64,000 nt of DNA from the NCBI GenBank assembly GCA_019828565.1, contig JAHDYR010000007.1, positions 79,507 to 143,506 of the forward strand, in the 5' to 3' direction. Source of the stretch: Carpediemonas membranifera BICM (taxonomy: Eukaryota > Protista > Fornicata). The position numbers were made by a program, and so were the translations under genes. Of this stretch, positions 56,683 to 64,000 are shown piece after piece; the stretch's first letter is position 1; the number at the start of each line of letters is the position of its first letter. The notes beneath the pieces are model-generated. The model made no database searches and was not told the DNA's origin. It saw only the letters and a program-made list of their open reading frames with translations.

Positions 56683-59600
56683 GATGTTCTTGTGATCTGT
56701 GAGTACGGTGAATGGCTTCAGCTTGAGAATCTGGCTAAACTCTGGCCGGGTGATGCAGTATATGACTGCGTAGAGCTCTTGCTCGACCGTCGCCCAGCGG
56801 CGTTGGGTCTCTGTGAACGTCTTTGAGAAGTACGCGAGGGGTTTCTTCGTGTCGCCCTCGTGTTGCCACAGCACTCCGCCGGCTGCGATTGTGGACGCGT
56901 CTGTCTCAAGTGTCCACTTGCAGGTCAGGTTGGGTAGTGCCAATGCCTTGTTGTCGGTGCACAGCTCCTTCAGAGCCGCGAAAGCCTTGTCGTGTTCCTC
57001 AGTCCAAGGGAGCTTGTCTAGCTTCTTGGGTGACCCCTTGAGGAGGGCGTTGAGGGGGACTGTGGCTGAGCTGAGTTGCGGGAGGTAGTTTGCGAGGTGG
57101 TTAAACTTGCCCATCGTGCGTCTGAGCTCTGTGACGGTGGTGGGGGCGGGCAGCTCCTTCAGCGCGGCGACGCGGCCTGGGCTCACCGAGCGGCCGGAGC
57201 TGTTGATGATGAATCCGCAGACCTCCACTTCGGCGGCGCCGATGGTACATTTGTCCGCACGGAGGCGCAGGCGGTTGTCCTTGGCTCTCTGGAGGGTGAG
57301 TCTCAGGGTGTTGAGGAATCCTTCTTCGGTCCGTGCGTAGAGGAATATGTCATCCACGTAGACCCGGTGGCCGGGGATGCCATCTAGCACGGCCTCCATC
57401 GCTCGTTGAAACTTGGAGGGGGCGTTCTTAAGTCCAAACGGGACCCTGAGGAACTCGAATTGGTGCCCGGGGACTACGAACGAGGTAAGGGGGCTGGCCG
57501 GCTCCATCAGCTGCTGCCAGTATCCGGACCGGAGATCGAGTGATGCAAAGTAAGAGCATCCGCCGGCTTCGTGGGGCAGGTCCCTCAGATCGGGGGAGGG
57601 GAAAGGCGTCGTCCTTCGTGGCGTCGTTAAGATCGTTGAATGCGACGCAGAAGCGGGGTTCGCCGTTCTTCTTGGTTGCCATCGTGTGGCGGCTGGCGTG
57701 CTCGGACTGGCTGTCTCGTATGATGCCGAGCTTCTTCATCTTCTCGATCTCGGAGAGGGCGGCTGAGCCAGCCTCTCCGACAAGCTGTCGAGGACGGCAC
57801 TTGAGGTGAAAATCGCGTGTGAGTTCGATCTTGTGAGGCTGTAGTTTGCTGCCTTCGGGCGGGAGAGCCGGGTCGAACACCTCATCGAACTCCTCGACGA
57901 TGCTTCGGACCTTGTTGGCGAACTCGGTGCCGTGGTCGTCCGGGATCGCGACGGCGAGCGAATGCTTCGAGTCCGAGGTTGACGCCGCTTCGAAGACGTC
58001 GGCGTCGATCATGTTGTGCTCTTCTAGATCGTCCTTATCATCCGGCTTCTCGGACGGGAGTATCAGTAGGCGGTCGTTGAGGACGTAGCCGATGTGCCTG
58101 AGGAGGTCCTTGCCGATCAGCATCCTGTCGCTGGTGCCTGTGATCATGTGGACGTCCCAGTCGAGCGTGACGGTTTTGCCATCCATGCCAGGGAGTGTGA
58201 TGGACATGGTGGCGATCTTGCCCACGGAGATAACGCGGTCGTCCGCGGCGAACAGGCGGAGGTCCGACTCGCGCCATTGGATGTTTCCTGGTATCTTTGG
58301 GGCGAGGTGCTCGGATATGACGCAGACATCTGCGCCAGTGTCGAGCTTGGCTGGAAGTTGGACGGTTCCGGCGACCGTTACGGTTGTCTGTATGGGAATG
58401 GAGGTCGTTTGGACCTCGCCGACGGCGCCATCGCGTTGGTTCGCTCCGCAGTCCTTGGTTGTATGCTTTGAGTTCCAGCCATGCCTGTCACACCAGCGAT
58501 TGAAAGACTTCGGGATGTAGAAATGCTCCTTGTCCTTAAACTGCTTGAACGGGTCCTGGCCTTCGACCTTGTGGGCCTTCGGCTTCAGCGGCTGGCCCTC
58601 GCGAGCAGAGGTGTCCTTGTTCGAGCACTGACTGTTATCATGCGGTGCCTTGTTGTCGGCCGGGATCGGCTTCGTCTTGGTCGACACGGCATAGGCCTGC
58701 CAGGGGACGACGATCTGGCCGAGATGGTCGGTCTCGAGGGTCGAGAGGGCGTCTATGCAGTCGCGGGCGGGACGCCAGTTGCCGTCCGAATCCCGCTCGA
58801 TCAGCGCCTCGTATAGCGGGATCGCGTCGTCGTCGTATCCCTTGAGGGCGACAGACCGGACCGCAGCGCGGAGGGCGCTGTCGGGGATCTTATGGTAGCC
58901 ATCGGCCTCGACGACGGGGTTGTACCCGTCGCACGCCTTCTGCAGGCGCAGAGTGTTAAGGCGGTGGGCCGCGTTCTGGCCGTACAGTTGGGTGCCCTTG
59001 CTCGTGATGGCCTTGAGGCGTGCACCGCGGTCGAGTGTTGGCATCAGGGTAAGGTACAGGTGAGGCAGGATGGTCCTGGCCTCGGCGCGAAGCTGGTCAC
59101 GCACGGACACGGGGGCGGAGGGGGCGGCCGTTGCCGCTGACGGGAGAGAGTTGACGATTCTCGCGACATCCGCGGCCGATCGGGCCGGTTTGTCGTCCAG
59201 GGGGTTCGTTAGCGTCGCGAAGGTGAGGGTCGCATCCGGGTCCGCCTCGTGGCGGTCGTGGCTGGCCGTGCAGAGGCTGGCGAGCTTATCGTTCAGCTCG
59301 GCCTCGGCGCGGTCGTAAACAGCCTGCATCCGGCGCATCGCCGGGTCGAGAAGCGGGCTGTCCTTATAGGTGTTGGCGGCTGCAGCACAGAGCAAGAAGA
59401 GATCGTCCTGCAGAGCGTCGATGATCGCGCGGTATCTTGCGCGGCACGACGTGGCGTGTCTGTCAGGTTCTTGCTTGGCGTGTTGTGCCTGCGAGACCAC
59501 GTCAGGGATAAGGGAGTCCCAGAACGACTCGAAGGTCGGGAACGTGGAGGTGGGCCGCCATGTGGCTTGTAGAAGCTCGAGGGTCTTTGCCGTGAATGCG

Positions 59601-59737
59601 TGGGGGAAAGAACGGGGTCTTTTGACGTTACCGACTTCCCGTAACCAGATCTCGTACCCCGTTGTGAGGGAAGAGACGTCTATCACGGATAGACCACTGT
59701 GTGATTCTGTAGAAGCAGAATATCGATATTGTGCCAT
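56683..59737 (-). CDS. Element B gag-protease-RT-RNase H (frameshift near 57590)
   Basis: WCDRHGWNSKHTTKDC, LDTGAD, RFCVAFNDLN, VPFGLKNAP, YVDD, TDAS, EQELYA. Confidence 0.9.
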
Positions 59738-59786
59738 TGTTGGCTTGCGCAGGTAGATCTGTTTACATAAACTGCACTGGCTCTCA

Positions 59787-60039
59787 GCGCCACGAGTTGG
59801 GTCATCTTCCTGGTCCCACCAGCAGACTTGTACTCTGTGAAACGCTTGAGGAACCACCGCACACTGGCCTCCTTGAGGTCCCGCAGTGTTGGCGCCTCTT
59901 GGACGCTGGCCTCGAGCTGCACGTTACCACTTTTGGCTTCAAGAGCCGCAGTGAGCTTCTCGATCATCTGCGCCTGTCGTTCCGATAGGGCCATGAGCTT
60001 CTCTAGGGTTCCGCTTGATTCATTGTTGTTGTTAGCCAT
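59787..60039 (-). CDS. Element A gag N-terminus
   Basis: ATG lies a few nt after the 5' LTR; FLKRFTEYKSAGG; interrupted by element B. Confidence 0.8.
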
Positions 60040-60046
60040 TGATCAA

Positions 60047-60127
60047 TGTAGCTCTTCTAGGATCCTCAATGAACGAATGAACTGCTTTAACCTGCGGGGC
60101 AGACCCAACTATAAATATCACATTACA
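60047..60127 (-). repeat. 5' LTR of element A (81 bp)
   Basis: Identical to 35744-35824. Confidence 0.95.
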
Positions 60128-60333
60128 AGGTTGACCGTCATCGGTGGGGTCAACGCGTGCGCAGATGCAGAGACGCACGCAAGCAGGCAAGGGAATGTGT
60201 ACTTAGCCTGCGTGAAAGAACGCATGCCGGGTTCAAGATTTCCTCACCGCGGCGCGTTGTTATCGCCTCCACCGTTAATCTCGCAAATGGCCTTGTTAAC
60301 GGAAGCCTTCACCGTGCATATCTTGGAAGGCAT
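60128..60333 (-). pseudogene. Fanzor1 5' part
   Basis: MPSKICTVKASVNKAI...; joins 35743 in frame across the AGGT TSD (..MTVN-LFDQEVLKQ..); contains an in-frame TGA or compensating frameshifts. Confidence 0.65.
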
Positions 60334-60676
60334 CGGAGTCTATTGAGCTGCCTGCATTGATCATTTCTTTTCAGGGTTCATCAGCTAGCAGCATCCCTCA
60401 AAACACAAGAAACCAGCATCATACAACACAAAGCGTCTTTACTACTAGTTACAACCGCTTTCGACCACTAGTGTCTCTCACAACAGACGATGATGACGAA
60501 GACGACGATATGAGCTTCAGACGCCGGCAATGGACGACAGATGAGCGCGTAACAGACGAGCACAGACGAGCACAGACGATGGACGACAGACGACGCATCT
60601 TTTCGTGCAGACCGACGACTGAAAGCACGAAAGCCAGATGGTACAGACGAGGGCTGAAGTGGGTGAGTGGAGGTAG

Positions 60677-60706
60677 TGTGCCACGCAGGATAAGAATACT
60701 TGAGTC
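60677..60706. repeat. 30-bp direct repeat bounding the Fanzor unit (other copies at 32191-32220 and 33902-33931)
   Basis: TGTGCCACGCAGGATAAGAATACTTGAGTC; 28/30 identical to the 32191 copy and 24/30 to the 33902 copy. Confidence 0.9.
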
Positions 60707-60746
60707 TACCACATAAGTAAAACCGTAAACTGCACCTTACCGATTC

Positions 60747-61436
60747 GATGGACGCCCTCACGGATGTTTGGCAGCGAATCAAGTTATTATATCACAACAC
60801 ACGGCAACCAGACAAGACATTGGCCTTGAAACTGAAGGAGAATCCGTTTGTCCCCGTCTCTTCCGCCCATTTTTACTCAGCTATCATCCGTTTCAGCGTG
60901 TCGGGGACCAAAGCTTCCAGCTGAAGCGCCGCTACAGCATAATATTCGTATCAATTACGCTCATCGTCTTCTGCGTGTCCATTATGGCCGGCCTTGTGAT
61001 TTTGGGGTACCAGGAAGAGCAATACATCCTATGGCTCACGGTCCTGCTCATGTGGGCCTGCTGTCTCATGTGGACGTTCAAGAACCCCCGTGAGTACCTG
61101 CTTGACGGTGAAAAGGAGATCTGCACGTATCGAGTTGGGAGGAAGAGCGTTGTTGTGAACTATCACAACATTTACATCAGATTGAGAAAGAGTAAGAGCA
61201 CGGGCAGGAGGGTGCAGTACCAGCTGATATTCAACGGGCAGCAGCTCGAACGGCAGTCGATCACCACCCGCAGCACGCCAAACCTGCAGAACCTGAGGAA
61301 GCTTGGACAACAGATTGCTGCCAATCTCAACATCAACTACTTCGACGAGTTGAACATGAGCAGACATCATGTCATCCGGCATACTCGTCGTAACGATGTG
61401 CTCGATACCCTCGATGAGGAGGGCGAGATGGCTTGA
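60747..61436 (+). CDS. TMEM249-like two-TM protein; intron 60846-60880
   Basis: Spliced LKENPYHPF, two TM helices, HNIYIRL, IAANLNINYFD..SRHHVIRH. Confidence 0.65.
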   Translation, partial: DGRPHGCLAANQVIISQHTATRQDIGLETEGESVCPRLFRPFLLSYHPFQRVGDQSFQLKRRYSIIFVSITLIVFCVSIMAGLVILGYQEEQYILWLTVLLMWACCLMWTFKNPREYLLDGEKEICTYRVGRKSVVVNYHNIYIRLRKSKSTGRRVQYQLIFNGQQLERQSITTRSTPNLQNLRKLGQQIAANLNINYFDELNMSRHHVIRHTRRNDVLDTLDEEGEMA

Positions 61437-61555
61437 GAGAAGCGGCGTGCATGGTTTACTTTTCATGTGGTTTGACGTTTCTCGTGCTATAAATGCTCTT
61501 GGTGCAGCTGCTGACCGAGTTGTGAGTTCCTCGACTGGGGCCAAGACAAGAGTCG

Positions 61556-62452
61556 ATGCCAACGATCTACACGCATTGGGTTTCGACCAGCTATACTACA
61601 ACATGGTGCACACGCGCATTCTGCTGCCATATACTCTCAATCTTACTCATTGTCTTCGTAACTCTTCTGCTTGCGGCATACGGCGATGTGTGGGACAACA
61701 CAGCGACCGAGGAGCAGTATCCAACAGTGAGTTCGGATCATGAGCTAATTGCAATCGCGCATCTCTCCGATGGCAGCTTCCTTGGCTGCTCAACGTCGAA
61801 CAACATTGCCCGAGTTTTCGACGAGAATGCCCGCCCATGCACCATCACTATCACCACCCCGAACGCCACACTAGGCTATTCTACCAGTAACCTGACCATA
61901 TCGGCGACGATCCCAGTCTCGAGCTCCGTTGTCGTAGGGCTGAGCCTTTTGAGCCCGCTTTCACTGAAACTTGACGGGAAAGTCACTGTTGAGGCGTCAC
62001 CAGTACTTGCCATACGGTTCCCGAGCCTCTACTATACCAGTGAGGCCCACATGTTCGGTACACTCGAGATAGTCCAACGAGACTCCGTCATTGAGGGCCA
62101 GTCCATCACTATCCCCTCTGCTTGGCCCCAAGACCCTCTGACTGCACTCGACGTCGACCCTGTGATGATCATGAGAGCTGAGCTGGCCAATAACTGGACC
62201 ACCGTGGCCACCAACACGTACACGCACACCAGGACGGGTCCCGGGCCGAGTGTCACGGCAACGGCTGAGCTGCGGCTCCTACCGACCACCGTCACATACA
62301 CCCGCGGGTTATACGCCACGATGGTCCATGCTGTGGGCCCACTCGCTGTGATTTTTTCTGTATGCTGGATAGTGATCCGAGGCTGGGGATTGAGGACACT
62401 AGTGCTGGGCGGTTACCTGAGAGGCAGACCAGTAAGACCTAAGGATATGTAA
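61556..62452 (+). CDS. TMEM231-like ciliary transition-zone membrane protein
   Basis: SY..WCTRAF + TM + W..TEEQYPTV N-terminus; C-terminal TM. Confidence 0.65.
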   Translation: MPTIYTHWVSTSYTTTWCTRAFCCHILSILLIVFVTLLLAAYGDVWDNTATEEQYPTVSSDHELIAIAHLSDGSFLGCSTSNNIARVFDENARPCTITITTPNATLGYSTSNLTISATIPVSSSVVVGLSLLSPLSLKLDGKVTVEASPVLAIRFPSLYYTSEAHMFGTLEIVQRDSVIEGQSITIPSAWPQDPLTALDVDPVMIMRAELANNWTTVATNTYTHTRTGPGPSVTATAELRLLPTTVTYTRGLYATMVHAVGPLAVIFSVCWIVIRGWGLRTLVLGGYLRGRPVRPKDM

Positions 62453-62492
62453 ATATGTAAAGATGAATCCTTTATGCGAGTAATACGAATGC

Positions 62493-63767
62493 CTAGTCCT
62501 GCCCCTCGGCCTCCCACCGCCTCAGCCCGCTCATAAACGACACTGCCTGCATGGCGTTAGCCCTGAGCTCAGCCTCGTTGCTACACCAGTGCAGCTCGTC
62601 ATTAGGGCTCAGCGTGGCCATGTCAACGACGTCCGTCCGGGCGGCGGGGTCGGCTCTGACCCAGGTGTTGGCAAAGATCATGTCCGTAAGGGCAATGGCC
62701 TTGGGAAGTGTCGTTCGGCCCGATTTAGCACCGTTCAGTAGTGCTAGTATTGAGTCCTTGCCAACCTCGAACGCCCTCCTTATCCTGAGACGGTTCGAGA
62801 GGGCCACAGACCTTCCGATATTGTTCCATGCAGCCAAGGGATCCAGGATGTCCATGTAGCGGCGACGGAAGGGCGTTACAGCACGTCCTGCCGAAGTATG
62901 CGCGAACCTACGGATACGAATGAGCTCGTTGAGGTCCTCGGCGAGGGGAGCAAGTACTGGTGGAAGCGGCCTTGGGAAGGCGTCGCTGGACGGATCCATC
63001 GCCTCAAGCTCCTCGGCGGGGATGGGGCCGCATATACTAAGACCGTTGTTGTCCCAATCGAACGTCGCGTAATACTCTACGAACATTGCCAGGCCTTGCA
63101 ACGGTGATACCACGCGGCGGGTGGCGAAGATGTGGAGGAGCATCGTCTGTAGCGAGTATGTGCTGATCAGACTGTGGTGGGAGCCAAGGATACGTGCCTC
63201 GTAGGAAGCCCAGGCCTTCGTGATAATGACGGTGCGCTTGAAGAGGTCGTTCTGTCCAAACTGACGGTTGACCCTCTCAAAGAACACTGCAGTGAATATA
63301 CCTGCCGACTGAGTGGCCGAGATGTCGATGGGGATCGATCCCACGCGGCACTTGATGATCATCACCTCAGCGAAGATGGGCGTGACGTCGGTAATGGCAA
63401 AGGGCGCATTCGGACGTTCCTGTGCCTCCTCCAGCTTCTCCTTGAGGGGAATGAACCAGTTGTTCATCACATGAGGCGGGAAAAGGCAGGCAATGTCGAT
63501 ATCGCCATCGGGAAGGTACGTTCGGATTGGAACGCTCCCAACGGGCAGTATCGGGCATTCCCCATGGCATTCGATGATAAGGGACTTCACAAAGTCAAAT
63601 ACGCCTGCTCTATACTCGTCAGCGGCCTGCATCGGCTGTATCGCAGCAATTATGTCAGCAACACGATGGCAAACAGCGGAAAGGCAAAACTCCCCCCATC
63701 TAGCATCTGAGTAATGCCGTAGTTCAGTAGCCATGCTTTCATTGCCACTAGGAGCAGCAGCAGCCAT
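62493..63767 (-). CDS. Non-canonical poly(A) polymerase-like nucleotidyltransferase (PAP/OAS1 substrate-binding domain type)
   Basis: GSVPIRTYLPDGDIDI, LFKRTVIITKAWASYEARILGSHHSLISTY, ILDPL..NNIGRSV. Confidence 0.9.
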   Translation of the reverse strand: MAAAAPSGNESMATELRHYSDARWGEFCLSAVCHRVADIIAAIQPMQAADEYRAGVFDFVKSLIIECHGECPILPVGSVPIRTYLPDGDIDIACLFPPHVMNNWFIPLKEKLEEAQERPNAPFAITDVTPIFAEVMIIKCRVGSIPIDISATQSAGIFTAVFFERVNRQFGQNDLFKRTVIITKAWASYEARILGSHHSLISTYSLQTMLLHIFATRRVVSPLQGLAMFVEYYATFDWDNNGLSICGPIPAEELEAMDPSSDAFPRPLPPVLAPLAEDLNELIRIRRFAHTSAGRAVTPFRRRYMDILDPLAAWNNIGRSVALSNRLRIRRAFEVGKDSILALLNGAKSGRTTLPKAIALTDMIFANTWVRADPAARTDVVDMATLSPNDELHWCSNEAELRANAMQAVSFMSGLRRWEAEGQD

Positions 63768-64000
63768 GTTCAGAACAATCGGCACTGAGCGTTCGAGTCG
63801 CAACATAGGCAAACATAAATCAAGTAAATCTCCTAACCGGCTGAAGACGGCATGTTACGACCATTTGAAAGGTCTAGCAGACTGGCTGGACGTTTCAAAA
63901 ATCGTGAATTCTCCAAATCATGCACTCAGATTTGCTCGACTGCTGCTGTTCTACACCAGCTATTTACGTACGCCTATGTATGTATTTACAGGAAGGGGTT

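Larger units (their letters stand above)
44336..59786 (-). mobile_element. Ty3/Gypsy chromodomain LTR retrotransposon B, inserted in gag of A and interrupted by the LINE
   Basis: Identical 57-bp TG..CA LTRs at 44336-44392 and 59730-59786; 4-bp TSD GCGC; PPT GAGGAGGGAAG. Confidence 0.95.
35744..60127 (-). mobile_element. Ty3/Gypsy chromodomain LTR retrotransposon A (contains B, C and the LINE), inserted in the Fanzor gene
   Basis: Identical 81-bp TG..CA LTRs at 35744-35824 and 60047-60127; 4-bp TSD AGGT; PPT GGGAAGGCGG; gag 60039-59787 + 44335-43607; pol 39089-35815. Confidence 0.95.

Noticed and set aside
37810-57600. Programmed frameshifting at the breaks near 37820, 47400 and 57590
   Set aside because: They fall inside RT or C-terminal domains at G/C homopolymer runs; mutation or long-read error is more likely, so these elements may be more intact than shown.
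32191-60706. The three 30-bp repeats as a CRISPR-like array
   Set aside because: They are kilobases apart and separated by genes, not by regular short spacers.
60700-60745. TIRs, TSD or Helitron CTRR end defining the Fanzor carrier
   Set aside because: No convincing inverted termini or matching flanks found; the carrier type is left unassigned.
1-64000. tRNA or rRNA genes
   Set aside because: None recognised by eye; a tRNAscan-SE/Infernal run is needed to exclude them.

Overview
Compact, GC-rich eukaryotic (flagellate protist) DNA with tiny spliceosomal introns (mostly 28-35 nt, GTTTG donors) and the standard genetic code; a free-living metamonad such as Carpediemonas is plausible but is inference only. 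Bases 1-32.1 kb and 60.7-64 kb hold host genes: outer-arm dynein gamma heavy chain, RPP21, VAMP7-like, RRS1, B9D1, a prokaryote-type radical SAM/SPASM enzyme, a GBP/atlastin-like GTPase, a PH+HMA protein, kinesin, TMEM249-like, TMEM231-like and a nucleotidyltransferase. The central ~28.5 kb (32.2-60.7 kb) is a resolvable nest of mobile elements. A degenerate Fanzor1 (TnpB-like RNA-guided nuclease) gene with a structured downstream omegaRNA candidate, present twice, is split by chromodomain Ty3/Gypsy element A. A contains Gypsy elements B and C, and B contains a 10.7-kb full-length LINE. Main unusual signals: (1) the LINE carries an extra ORF with a Maelstrom/arenavirus-NP-like DEDD+Zn nuclease domain; (2) all three Gypsy elements have ultra-short LTRs (57/81/88 bp) and a different perfect 12-bp palindrome where the tRNA primer-binding site should be; (3) the Fanzor unit is bounded by a 30-bp direct repeat that also forms the 3' end of the putative omegaRNA. 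All family calls come from motif recognition by eye, not from database searches.
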